Positions 13,001 through 24,500 of a stretch of DNA of 64,000 bases are shown one piece after another. The notes beneath the pieces were generated by a model, which saw nothing but the letters and a program-made list of their open reading frames with translations, ran no database searches and was not told the origin of the DNA. The DNA comes from Massalongia carnosa (Eukaryota). The stretch is from positions 248,001-312,000 of the forward strand of contig OZ287088.1 in NCBI GenBank assembly GCA_965645245.1. Reading direction: 5' to 3'. The translations under genes and the position numbers were made by a program. Numbering within the stretch: position 1 is the first letter of the stretch; the number at the start of each line of letters is the position of its first letter.

Positions 13001-13126
13001 TACTTTTATGTCTACTCCGTGTCGTTTTGTCTCTCGGTTCCCGACGCTGGCTAATCTCCTAGCAGGAATGCGATACCGCTCAGGCCCCATGTCTGTGGGT
13101 ACACTATATTTTTGCCACTGTCGCAC
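10070..13126 (-). CDS. gag: Gag-protease polyprotein (ORF1) of Gypsy element 1
   Basis: 'PGTPFFQGKNVSEFL' gag motif, CCHC-like knuckle 'CNYCGEKVLHDRRRDC', aspartic protease 'LLDSGAEVN'. True start codon uncertain. Confidence 0.9.
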   Translation of the reverse strand: MRQWQKYSVPTDMGPERYRIPARRLASVGNRETKRHGVDIKVASFPSDGRISQPFHSTHSYNSYQTSYSPVDNTERESRAHCYNRQRLHTEAAPAPLHHRHFDLPPPYQTHTCPCLSYHCFEPTKQAPIGHSSAGETYTHHPVSHCHPYYCQPSSHIPTSDDKETTTSQLTKIVTNLIPLLEQLVISVRNTNEARTRTDSPAPPASRDSPSTIIPTTEGQPSHEAESTMTTPSSTSPESFGNRPAMSAGPFGFVMTMPQPGTPGTPFFQGKNVSEFLSRYEDMCEDYHVGNNEKIRRLPRYCDMLIGQTIESLPDFVERRWTQLSKVMKKEYKAGDSIQQVNSRPFLESYKDKVRTSDDDVRNFCRKFGAISKALISQEKLDIYTRNQWFMQGLPADIREELFFRRGVDFDDNVMKDFDGLVKKTLTLVEARMKYKEVMRTEKSVTDKYSALADQFDKKIVLDGHENIMNSLSPPVADSTTVSLSKSTEKTIMDLTNKFDALVLATGAQMRPANQNSHQSQQSRNRSQSPHRQSSYDGQRQQHDHQYGSDESCNYCGEKVLHDRRRDCPDFDADQRNGVIHLNEKGLLCLGPMGTYSNPIRHLPGVTQKESIRRAKMLANQFSQAGQNAEVHTVRIGEDSADDFSSDEEWDPEVTIIEHTTSINSARTENNKPAEENWKEPAKRILKRRAEREDHFAVPKAPRYGNWSPLPTSVERRNDSLDQSKPTDRASAAEPRVTFADPIEEDVEMTEAGLAGKGGGKKKPGTGVLRAPIRGEVRDAIEKIGAEEFLKIARREFNVDLIQGRYLQSLAAGTGGLTNGNIIAMLPMFKSVVNKVTRNTEAERQDGPTVKIGSIGIRDPLLRRAYTRSTPKAKVRVGDGGRYKSLLDSGAEVNVMTYDVAKREGLAMRPYPNINLISHTGHRKEFLGVCENVEVDIGGVASLNHIFVIDAADHQLVLGQPYLHQMRVGLDYRNNEVECTIHAEDGKRTAKFIATSDPGSKLHTAEDLFPENRDETLN

Positions 13127-13610
13127 TCACGCCGTCGCTAAATCATTGAGGCATTCGCTAAATGTGGCGATGTTCTCAAACGGGATTAGTCTGTCGACTT
13201 CAACTGCCGAGTCGCAATTCCGAGGCTCCTGATTGGTCCGGTCCGTAATGCCGTCACTTTTCCGTCTGTCTTCGTCTCGATGTCAATTCTTTTAGTACCT
13301 AGACCGTCTCCACCGTGTCGCAAGCAGTATGGGGTCGTCCCGTCGCTATGTCCGAGTCCGCGCGTTCTTGAGAGGTCTAGGGTCAAATGGATGCCCCCGT
13401 TCTTTCTGTCTTTCTCCGGTCACTGTATGTCGTTTTTCCACTATCTCTAGATATCTGTACGCTGTCGCTGCTTCCTGTCGCTGTTTCCTGTCGCTATTTC
13501 CTGTCGCTGTCGCTGTCGCTGTAAGTCTACTGTCTGTCTCACATGTCTGTCTAGACTCGTCGTTTGATTCCTGCTCCCGGTCAAATAGAGATCGCACCGT
13601 GGTCGCCAAA

Positions 13611-13967
13611 TGTGGAAGGATGAACTGGGTGGTGTGCGTGGTCCACTACTGCTAGGAGTGCAAGAGAACAAACAAACAAGAGAAGAACAGAACAATAGAA
13701 TAAGAACAATAGCTAGACTGATCACTGTAAGCCTCGCGCCTCGTGCCTGATGCCTCGTGCCTGTGAACTGTATGTGTTGATGCTATGTGTTGTAGCTATT
13801 GCTACGAGCATGCTTGCTCTATAAGGAAAAGAACTATCTATAACTAAACTAAAAGAAAGACTGTCACCTGACTTCCCCGCTACCTTTACCGAGTATCAAC
13901 CGAAAAGAACCAACTCCCGAACCGCTAGCAATTTGAATTTAGAGTATCACCGCTCCACCCCCCTACA
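13611..13967 (-). repeat. 5' LTR of Gypsy element 1
   Basis: Direct repeat of 5214-5570; followed on the minus strand by TT then TGGCGACCACGG (tRNA-type primer binding site). Confidence 0.97.
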
Positions 13968-13971
13968 ACGC

Positions 13972-15795
13972 ATGGTGTGTATTCAAATTATGATTGAGAT
14001 AAATATAAAAACTTACTCGTTAATATGAATAGTTTTTACTAGCCCAGAGATAGCGACGTCAAAGCTGTTTAATCAGGAGGTTCTGAGGCATCCAAGTTTC
14101 TTCTTGAATTTATGTCTTTTAGCTCTTGATGAGATGCATCTTGTATCCGAATGGCGAGATTTCCGGCCCGAATACTTCAATCTCGGTGTGCTTCGTACAC
14201 GATTACCAGATGGTATTCCTTTTCTGGGTGCGTCTGCAACGCTGGATCCAAGAACCCTAGAGAGCGTTAAAGATCGCTGTGGCTTTGATAACGAAAGTAC
14301 TGTTATTCAAACAGCGCTTGATCGTCCAGAGATATACATACAGACAAGCAGTCTACAGCGGCCTATGAACAGCATGATCGATCTTCAACATCTTTTACCA
14401 ACACGGGCTGAGAGTCCTTTTGATATTCCGAAAACGATTATCTTCATGGATTCAATTTCATCTATCAAAAAGGCGTGTGCGCTAATGAAAGTATGGATGA
14501 ATCAATTGTCCTATCCAATTGAGGCTGCTAGTTGGGTCGCGCCTTTCTTTTCCGACATGGCCACCCAAGACAAAGAAAGGATTGCGGCTCGCTTCGAAAT
14601 GCCCTCGAATCAATGTAAATTTCCTCGAATCCTGATCGCAACGGATGCATACGGGCTTGGTATTGATAATCCAGACGTTATGAGAGTTACGCAATGGCTG
14701 CTACCCTCGTCAATGGCGAAGCTATACCAACGTTTAGGTCGTGCTTTGCGTTGCGGTCGAGGACAGGCGCATTTTACTCTTTTGCATCCTTCTTGGTGCA
14801 TGGGTCCAAGAAGCGGATCAAAAATGGACGAACAGGACGGATATGACGCGGGAATCGAGATTGAATCCAAGGCCAGTAAACGCCGCATCAATCAAAAGGA
14901 TGCTGATCGGCGACGAGATATGCCACCGGGTCTTTGGGAGATAATCAATGTGCCTTCAGATGGTTGCGTTCGAGGTATTGGCTTGAATTTCTTCAATGAT
15001 AAAGTGTATCCAACGTCGGCCTATGTTAAGCCGCAACCTTGCTGTTCAATTTGCGATCCAAGTTTTCAGACATCAACAGCCGCCAATGAGATGTTAAATA
15101 GAACGGCCGAGCGTGACTCGTCTAGGCGGCCTTGGTTCACCCTTAAACTTCGAGAATGGAGGGAGGCCAAGGCGCAGGAAAAGTTCCCAAATTCACATAT
15201 GCGATACTTCCCATCATTGATAATGCCCGATGAGGTACTGAATTCTTTGACCACTTGGGCGGATCAGATTGTGGACGAGCCCACCATGCGGCGATGGATT
15301 GGTAACACATGGACTGGTATTAGGCCCTACGGCGCCGAGCTTTTAGAAATTTTAAAGCGGGGTCAAGCAATGAGATTAGACGAGGGAGACATGTTCGAGG
15401 AATGGAAACGACACAACGACATAAAGAGAAAACGATTACCCAGCCTAACATGCAACTCCGCCAGTATTGAATTTGAGGAACGGAGGAAAAACTGGATGAT
15501 CAAACAAGGATATATGTCGAGAAAGGTTTTTAAAAAGCGAAATGCGGTCAAGAAGAAAGTCTCGAAGGAAAGCGAGAGCACGGAGCCATCGGGCGAGAAT
15601 CCTGCGCCTAATCACAATATCTCCGATGCGGCGCTCGTTGTTGACAATGTTGATGCTCTTAAATCATCGATGAAGGCATCAAAGACCAAAAAAGCGCCTC
15701 GAGATCCTATGGAAGCGTTGTCGCTGAATGTACCCATGGCCCTTCCTCCGACACGATCTAGACAAGAAAGAAAGTGCCCCGTCCGCTACCTCTGA
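13972..15795 (+). pseudogene. RecQ-like SF2 helicase, 3' part
   Basis: Removing the Gypsy and intron 13975-14032 restores 'NNYTHVFTSPEIA'. Then DEMH (II), SAT (III), 'ATDAYGLGID' (V), 'QRLGRALR' (VI), a Cys cluster 'C.R...CCSIC' and an HRDC-like 'KLREWRE...PSLIMPDEVL'. Confidence 0.9.
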
Positions 15796-15854
15796 CTCTG
15801 TAAAGCCGCGCGGCGCGGATTTACATGACTAGGCTATCTCGTGGTATCGATGAT

Positions 15855-18533
15855 TTAATCAAAAAACATACCGCCGGATATCTCGAGACGGGCCATTGAA
15901 ATGACAGGGCTGTCGGGGACCTGCTTTGTTTCATTGACAAAATCGGGCTCGGCTTCATACTTACCCTCAAGGTCGTCTGTTGAAATTTCTTTTGAAATTT
16001 CTTCGGAAAGATACTGCTGATTGTATTTTAATACATTTTCTCCAAGTTTCTTCAATCCCTCAACATAAAGATTAGCTGTTGGATTAGTTGAAAATCGATC
16101 ATAGCTTCTTTTACAGAGTGATTTATGCGCTAGTGCCGTAGCCATGCCCCACACATCCTCTGCGGCCGATTTTGCTGGATGCCTTGAAGAGTTGACTCTT
16201 CCAAAGTAAAACTCAACGATTTCTTTGAGCTTCATAAGATATGGACCGTTGAGTGCCCAGTTCTCGAGCAAGGTGTCACTATACTTTGAAAAATAAGATC
16301 GCTCGTGCTGGAACGTCTTGAGGTTATTGTTTAGTATCTCTAAAAGCCGATCAGTCTCAAAACTCGACTCTTCGTCACCGCGTAAATTGACAAGACTATT
16401 CATTAAAATACTTTCCTGTAGCCTTATGGTCGCTGCGGAAGAATCAATCGCATGAAGGGTGTATAGAAGAGCTTGCGCATATTTCGGGGTGCCAGCTACG
16501 CTTGCCTGAAAGATCACCGTTGCGTGGCGCAATGCGTGACGAAGTAGTCCAATATCCGCATATTTGATTGCGTATCGAAGTGTTAGATACGATTCAACGT
16601 GATCACAGAAGTTCTGATGATTCTGAAATTGTTGATCAAGCGTTGGAGGAAGCATATCTATTGACGTTGAGGGTAATTCCGCGTGAAGTTTGCGAGATAT
16701 CCTGCCCAACATATTCATCCAGGTGCCATCCTGCCCGCAAGTCTGCGCTGTGAGCCACGAAATAGTTGCTTCGATTCGCTGCGGAGCATATCCATCCTTT
16801 CGTAAAAACCTAATCCACGTCCCAACGATTCTAGCTTGATAGCTCTGAATGATCAGATCCTCTAAGGCCTGGAAATCGTTCGGCTGCACGACACGAGCGC
16901 GGCCCCACCGATCGGCGGCATATTGAAGAGTCGAAGGATCAACCGGCTGGGCCTCTCCCCAATGTATTTTATGAATAAGCTGCAGCATGTTAAAGCGAAG
17001 ATGCCATAACCCTAATCCCGGTAAAATCCAGTCGAACCGATCGAAAGATTGCTCCGATATCCCACGACGTAATTCCTTGACAGATTGCATTCTCGACCAT
17101 GTCTTGAGGTCACCATAGATAAGCCGAATGACGCTCGCAAACGTCGAGTCATCCTCCTTGAACTTGAACTGTCGCACAAATATATCCTCCAATATTTGAA
17201 TATTATTAGATGTTGTGCTCTCATCCTTCATGACTGGTTTGATAGGAATGTAATTGGTCTTGTATTTTTTCATCTTATTCAGCACGGGCATTGCAGTCGA
17301 CCAAGGAAGTTGAACGTCGCCGATCTCTGGGCCATAAAGCGCTCGAATCGCTGACTCTAGATGATGAAGACGAATCTAGGTACGCGGTGCATTAGCGATT
17401 GAGCGCGGTATATACACCTCGTCCTGTATTGAACTCACCTGCATCTCGAGATCACCAGTCTCCAGCTTTCGCGCAATTCTTTCAGCTGATAAAAGATGCG
17501 TGGCTGGGCGCCACATATCCTGCCTCAAAGCGCCGGCATCGAATCCTTGCCCCTGGAAAATTAGAGCGGTAGTGATTGATCTGACGTCTCTATTATCCCC
17601 CGTGCGCTCTCCTCGTTTACCTTCTGCGAAGTCAAAGTTATCGTATGTCAAGATCATGTTTGAGCCTTGTCCTAGCATCTGAACCTTTCGTTCGGCCTCC
17701 TTAATCAAGGACAACATGCGCCGCTGCAGGGTAGTATATGACATCGTCAGGTCAAAATGACAGAGTGTATCTAGAACTCGCCGCCTCGCCCCACCTTGAT
17801 AAATATAAAGGCCTAAGACGGACTGAATATTGGTCGCCTTATTTGGTCGCAATTTGTGACAAAGCATTGCCAATATAACGGTGTGCCGGCCGCTGGGAGA
17901 ATCCAACGTCACATCGAGAGGTTCCTGCGGGCGAGCCTCGCGACAAACACTATCAATTAGCTCAAGCCATCGTGGCGCCAACTGCTTGGCGGCAGATGCA
18001 GCAAGTTTAATAGCCTCCAAGGTCCCAAACTCGACTGTCGCAGAGGGCGGCTGGAAAGGGCCAAAGGCTGCGTGATCTGCCAAAGCTTTGATTTCTTCAC
18101 GAAGCACATCCGCGGCCCAAACCCATCCTCTCTCGCGAAGGATAGTGGATATTCTACCAGGCCCAATGAGGCTTGAAAAGTCTTCTTGCCGCACAATATC
18201 GACATAGACAAAATCGAAGAGCTGGCCTTGCGCCTTTCGCATACTATGACGGGCTCGATTCTTACAAAGTGTTGATAAAAAATCTTTTACCGACCAATTT
18301 AGAGAGCTCAGAAATTTAAGCACCTCAACCAGCTTGTCGTAATCTGATATGCGCCGGCGGTGGCGTTTCGCGCCTCCATTTTTTTCAGGTAAGGCAGGAG
18401 GGGAGGAGGAAGAGGGTGAGCTATCATTACTGCCTGACGGCGATGGGTGGGGCCGCTTGAGCGCACCGGCGGGAGTCAAGGGACTTGTCCGTAGGTCGGT
18501 AAGTGGCGAGGAGGGGCCCCCGACAAGAGCCAT
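15855..18533 (-). CDS. Putative DDE transposase of the Academ-like element (DUF6589-like), 2 exons, 871 aa
   Basis: Exons 18533-17439 and 17375-15855 join in frame across a GT-AG intron at 17438-17376 with a GCTAAT branch site. Motifs 'LTYDNFDF', 'YGDLKT', 'GLWHLRFN', 'ETDRLLEILN' give candidate D-D-(H)-E residues. Lies inside the TIRs; no stops. Confidence 0.8.
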
Positions 18534-18874
18534 GGCTTTCGTCAGATAGCTTCAATCTAGATAAATCATACAATACCATTGATTGGCCGTCGTTATTCAT
18601 ATCATCATGATCTTTGTAACTCAATGTAATCGCGCCACATGAAAATAATCAGTTCATCAACCTCAAAATTGAGCGAAAGCGAACAATTTATCACTTAATC
18701 GACTTTCACATCGCTTTTCTTAGCCTGACAGTAGTTATAACACATGATTATCGAGTCGTCCATCTTGAGAGGTGCGTTTTTGGTATAAAATACAGTCTCT
18801 GATAAACTAATACGACCCTAATCATTGTATTAAATCCATAAAAGGAATGGTTGCACTGCTAATATTTTTATTAT

Positions 18875-19032
18875 GCGGATCTGGCCGTAATTTTGAGTTT
18901 TGCGCTCAGACGTGCTATCGCACTGATGTTAGTCAGCAGCGACGCTAACCCGAAGGGGCTTAGCGAAAATAGGCTAACCCGGAGGGGCTTAGCCGGCTCA
19001 TTGAGCCACGCACGTCTGAGGTACTGAGGCAA
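18875..19032 (-). repeat. Right terminal inverted repeat of the Academ-like element
   Basis: ...GAGCCACGCACGTCTGAGGTACTGAGGCAA followed immediately by the TSD CGGCAAGG; contains two GCTAA...TTAGC hairpin units. Confidence 0.93.
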
Positions 19033-19934
19033 CGGCAAGGAAAAGCTTGTGGCGGTGGCAAATTTGTATGAAGTCAGAAATCGCATCGGAAGCGGGAACC
19101 GATAAGATGGAAATGGAAGCTTCTGGAATCGCTGGTGGACGGGCATAAATAGGAGCAGTTTTACGCTACGTAGTGATAGAAAGTCAATCGTTTCTCCCAG
19201 TTTGTTTTGCATGTGCAAGAACTCGTTTGTCGAACTAGTCATATCAATTACCCAGTGCTACCATTCCGCCTGTTGCAGTCACAGTTCCAACACAATTCTA
19301 GTGTTTTAAGTAGTTGTGGTTGACGAACTAGTGGTGGGTTACGTTATCTTTGTTTAATTTTAGATTCTCTTATCATATAATTCTTATTTCTCAAATCTTC
19401 GGATTTTTTTGACTTCCTCTATGTCAGGGTCCTAGCCTGACATAAGGCTGAGATGGAAGGAGGGATCACGGGAGCACGCGAGGCTAGCGCGACACTCGGT
19501 GCAGATATTTCTAGCGAGTCGCGCACAATGATTCTTTTCTTCTTTGTAGATAAATTTTGGTTTAATAGCGGTTGATCAGAATCGACGACAGCTTCCTTAC
19601 ACTATTTATCTACCTACCTATTAGTATTCTTTCTTCTAACGCGCACAATGATTCTTTTCTTCTTTGTAGATAAATTTTGGTTTAATAGCGGTTGATTAGA
19701 ATCGACGACAGCTTCCTTACAGAATTTATCTACCTATCTATTAGTATTCTTTCTTCCAGAACTTCCAGTAGGGACGAGGTCCCGTTCCAGCAACTTTCTT
19801 CCAGATAGGGTGAAAACCCGTTCCAGTAACTTTCCAAACTGATCGTTTGTGCGAATCCAAACCGATCCAAATTCCAGAACTTCCAGAACTTTTAGAATCA
19901 GGGAATCAAGCTTTCCCATTTTCAGAATCCAGTC

Positions 19935-21581
19935 ATGAGCTCAAAAACGCCCATGACGGCGAGAAAGGCCGTAGCCCCTCCCGCAGAGGCCCAGACCGGC
20001 CTAGCATTTCACACCCGCGCTCGTTCCGTCTCCCGTCATTCATCTCGTTCGGATAGCAGCATGCCGGGAACATTTCAAGACTCCGAATTACCTCAGAACG
20101 AACAGATTAAAGAAACCACGGAGGGGACGTGGGAAAAACCCCCAGGAGCAGGACGTGAAAAAGAAAAGGAGTTTTTTCAGAAGATCGATGTCTCCGATCA
20201 TCCATATTACGAGAAGAATGCCGCAGAACATCCGTCCCACGTTGCAGCACACAATTTGAAGGATTTGCAGAGCATCTTGCGTGACGAGAAAGAAGGACCC
20301 CGATGGTATGAGTTCCTCGCGAGAGCGCTCGAATACGACAAGACCCTATTCAACAAATACATCTCCTTGCAGGGCGACCTGGAGAAGCTTGGCGAGGCCA
20401 AAAAGATCAACAGACGTTACAAACAAGTACATGAACGTCTCATCGCGGAAAAAGACGATGCCGAACGAGAGGCCATTCTCGCGCAAGAAGAACTATCGCA
20501 TAGAGATATCGAATTGGAGACAATGACTATAGTAAAAGAGAGATTACAGAAAGACAGAGACTCCCTGATCCGCCAGTTAGCGGAAACACGGGAAACACCA
20601 CGTCATCAACGAGAAGATACCGTTACTACCCAAAGCACCAACGCTAACCCCTAGAATTGGCGACCCCGTGGTATAAACCCTAGCAAGCCACTTAAAGGTG
20701 AGGACTCGGAGGAGTATAGCCCTTGGGCGTACTCCGTCCGCAATAAACTGAAGACAGACGCACCCCTCTACGCCGATGAGAACGAAAAGGTCGGTTACGC
20801 GCTGTCTCAAATGGAAGCGCCGATCTTCGGGGCTATGCACTCTTGGATAGCGGATATGGGAGACTCACTATCGGCCGACGCTTTATTCGAAGAGATAGAG
20901 CACTATATGGGCATTCACCTCCAGAGCCGCGACGCCAAGAAAGAACTCCTCACCGTCACCATGAAAGGGGGCGAAAGCGTCAGCGAGTATTATCACCGAA
21001 TCTTCAAGCTATGGCAGAAAGCCCAAACTCCCGTTGATGAGCGAATGGAGAAGTTCCTCGTGACGTTAAAGCCTAGCATCTCCAACTCTCTTATGGGTTC
21101 AGTCTTTACTGATTTCCGCCCTTTACTTGACGAAGCACGAAGAATCGAAGACCGCCGCAAAGATGTGGCGCACCACTTTCCTCGTCCCGATAAACCAGCC
21201 GCAACGAAGAATTCCAGCCAACGAAGCAACTTCTCCGGCGGAAAATCCTCAACCAAGTCCTCCTGCGGAAAGTCCGCCTCATCCTCCATCAATCAAACCA
21301 GCTCCAAGAAATCTGATGATCGGCCGAATGCGAAGCTGATGCCAACGATAGTCAAACCGGCCGGTTGGGTAGGCACCTGGTACGATCCAGACCCAAACCC
21401 AAAGAAGCTGAAGGATGACGAAAGTGAGTCCCTCTCCCGTCAACGCCGATTCTGGGCATGCAGGGGATCAGGACATCGAGGAAACGATACCATTTGTCCT
21501 CAATACAGGAACAAGAACCTGAGCCCCACGAGGACAGTAGAAACAGATTCGGGAGCGGAATCTGAGGCGGGAAAAGCCTAG
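19935..21581 (+). pseudogene. gag: gag of Gypsy element 2 (disrupted near 20650)
   Basis: Coiled-coil N-terminus; retrotransposon gag motif 'MKGGESVSEYYHRIFKLW'; degenerate knuckle 'FWACRGSGHRGNDTIC'. Confidence 0.8.
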
Positions 21582-24500
21582 TCCTTGATCGAAATCGCGA
21601 TCAGGGGCGTGTAAACAAGGAGGTTGTTAATGGGAACGGTGACACTGAAATGAAAATGGTTAGGGTCTCTACTTGTGCTGTCCGCGATACTGAAAAGAAA
21701 ACCGAGGACAAACATTTAGTTTTTAAAACTAGCATAGCTGGAATTAAAACCCGTTTACTTATCGATAATGGAAGTGAAGCTGAACTCATTGACGAATCCT
21801 TTGTGCGTAAACAGAAATTGAACACCTTCAAACTGGATAAGAAGGTGAAACTTACTTTGGGAAATGGAGAGGTGGTACAGCTCCTCTCGAAGGCCGTCTT
21901 GATCGACGTGAAAATCGGAGATCACGAAGAGCAAGTCTTATGTTATTTGGCAAAACTAGAAGCGTATGCAGTCATTTTAGGGGATGGATGGCTGCAAACG
22001 CACAACCCAATGATCAATTGGAAAGAGAGAACGATGAAGTTCAACTCATCAGATTGTCTTGAAAAGGGATGTCTTGCACGGGGGATAACTTACACCGAAT
22101 TCGCTGTGGGAAGCAAGGTTAAGAATAGGATCGAGCCTAAAGAAGACATCGAAGTCCTTCCAGTCAACGCAAAACACTTCTTCCGAATGGCCAGAAAGCA
22201 GGATCACAACGGATACCTATGGATTCCCCGAGAAACAAAGAAGGCCTTGCGCGCAACTACCACCGGCGCAGTGACATCAGGAGATTACGACAAGTTCATG
22301 AAGGGAAAACCGGAATACACCCGAGAGGAGTTGTTGAAGAGAGTTCCAGCAGCTTATCACAGCGTAATAGATGTTTTCATGAAGCACAAGGCAGATGAAC
22401 TGCCTGAACATCGGAAGGAAGATCATCAGATAAACCTCGAGGCAGGAAAAGAAGCTCCGTACGTAAGGAACTATAAACCCATGTCAGATCAAGACCTAGA
22501 AGCGGTTAAGAAATACATTGATGAGCATCTGGGAAAGGGCTTCATCCGTCCTAGTTCTTCAAGCGCAGCAGCCCCCGTTCTTCTAGTTAGAAAACCAGGG
22601 GGTGGTATAAGATTCTGCGTGGATTATAGAGCCTTGAACTCCATTACGATCAAGAACAGATATCCAATACCGTTGATAAATGAAACATTGGGAAACCTAT
22701 CACAGGCCAAGAAGTTCACGAAACTCGATGTGATTATCGCGTTCAATCGTATGAGAATGAAAGAAGGTCACGAGTGGCTCACGGCTTTCAATACTAGATA
22801 TGGTCAGTTCGAATATCTGGTGATGCTATTCGGCCTTTGCAACGCTCCAGGAAATTTTCAAACTTTCATCAACGACACAGTCAGAGAATACTTAGACGTT
22901 TCCTGCACGGCGTACTTGGACGACGTCCTAATTTACAGCGAAAATGAAGAAGAGCATTCCGAACAAGTGCTAAAAGTCCTAACTCGATTGAAAGAGAAAG
23001 GACTGCAAGTGGACATAGACAAATGCGAATTCTCTTTGACGGAGGTAAAGTATCTTGGATTGATAGTTACCACCGATGGAATAAAAATGGACTCGGAGAA
23101 AGTTGAGGCGATTCTGAAATGGGAGACCCCAGGCTCCTTAAAAGACGTGCAAGCATTTTTAGGCTTTGCGAATTTTTATCGACGATTTATATCGAGATTT
23201 TCGCAACGGACGAGATCGTTAACAGAGTTAACAAAAGGCGAACAGATAACGACGAAATCAGGAAAGAAACGAACCAAGTATAATTCGTTCGTCTGGTCTG
23301 AAGATTGTCAAAAGGCCTCCGAAGATTTAAAAATTGCGTTCACCACCGCTCCCGTCTTAGCACATTACGATCCGGCCCTGGAAACATGGGTCGAGACTGA
23401 CTCTTCAGATTTCGTCAGCGCCGGAGTACTCTCTCAAATGCACGATGGAGTACTGAAACCGGTAGCCTATTTTTCCAAGAAGATGACCCCTACCGAGTGT
23501 AACTATATGATTTATGATAAGGAACTCCTCGCTATTGTAAAGAGCTTCGAAGTCTAGCGCCCCGAGGTTGCAAGTGCTGCTCCTGATAAACCTGTTGAAG
23601 TATACACCGATCACAAGAACTTAGAGCATTTCATGACCACAAAGCAGCTGAACAGAAGACAAGCCAGATGGGCCGAATTTTTCTCCGAATTTAATTTCAA
23701 GATAATATATCGACCGGGGAAGCAAGGAGAGAAACCGGACACGCTGACCCGACGCTCTCAAGATCTCCCGAAAGGATTCGAAGATATCAGAGAACAAAAT
23801 AAATTTCAAACGTTGTTGCAGGAGCATCAATTAGATGACGATATACGTAAAGCGTTAACAGTTGTGTTCTGCGCGAACACAGCAGGCGACGACGATCATG
23901 ATAACGAGCAAGACGATCGAAGCGAAATCACTGAGGAAGACGCAACGGAATCAGAAGAACCCAACGCAGAACATATATCAGGGACCGATGAGACCGAGAA
24001 CTCGATAACGAAGACTTTAGAGGAACTAATCGAAGAAGCTTACGAAAGAGATGAAACGGTACAAGACATAATAGCGGCAAAGAAAAAGGGATCGAGAAAA
24101 CTCCCATTGAATCTCATCGAAAGATGAATAAAGTTAGAAATGGGGGACCTCAAAATAGAGAACGACAATTTGTATGTCAAAGGAAGACTATACGTACCAA
24201 ATCACGAGTCACTGCAGTTATATTTACTGCAAAAGCACCACGAACCACCATTACAGGGCCATCCAGGATACAAGAGTATGTATCAAAGAATAAGAGAAAA
24301 TTACTTCTGGTTCGAAATGAAAGAGCATCGCAAGAGATACGCAGTTAACTGTTCCATATGTCGAAGATCAAAAGCATACAACGACAAAAAGCAAGGTCTC
24401 TTGAACCATCTTCCGATCCCGAACAGAAAATGGATGGACGTATCGTTGGACTTCGCTGAATTTCTACCAGAATGCCGAAGACGAAACAGAGTCTATCAAC

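Larger units (their letters stand above)
5214..13967 (-). mobile_element. Full-length Ty3/Gypsy LTR retrotransposon (8754 bp), non-chromodomain type
   Basis: TG...CA LTRs of 357 bp, apparently identical; TSD ACGC (5210-5213 / 13968-13971); PBS at 13597-13608; PPT at 5574-5588; domain order gag-PR-RT-RH-IN. Confidence 0.97.
4248..19032. mobile_element. Complete helicase-encoding TIR DNA transposon (Academ/AcademH-like), ~6.0 kb once the nested Gypsy is removed
   Basis: TIRs 4248-4342 and 18938-19032 match at 94/95 nt, with weaker similarity extending to ~4432/~18875. Exact direct repeat CGGCAAGG at 4240-4247 and 19033-19040. Contains a RecQ-like helicase (+) and a DDE-like transposase (-) in convergent orientation. 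Confidence 0.9.

Noticed and set aside
14104..15795. Host RecQ/Sgs1 or telomere-linked helicase
   Set aside because: It lies between TIRs with a TSD and is paired with a transposase-like gene; no telomeric repeats nearby.
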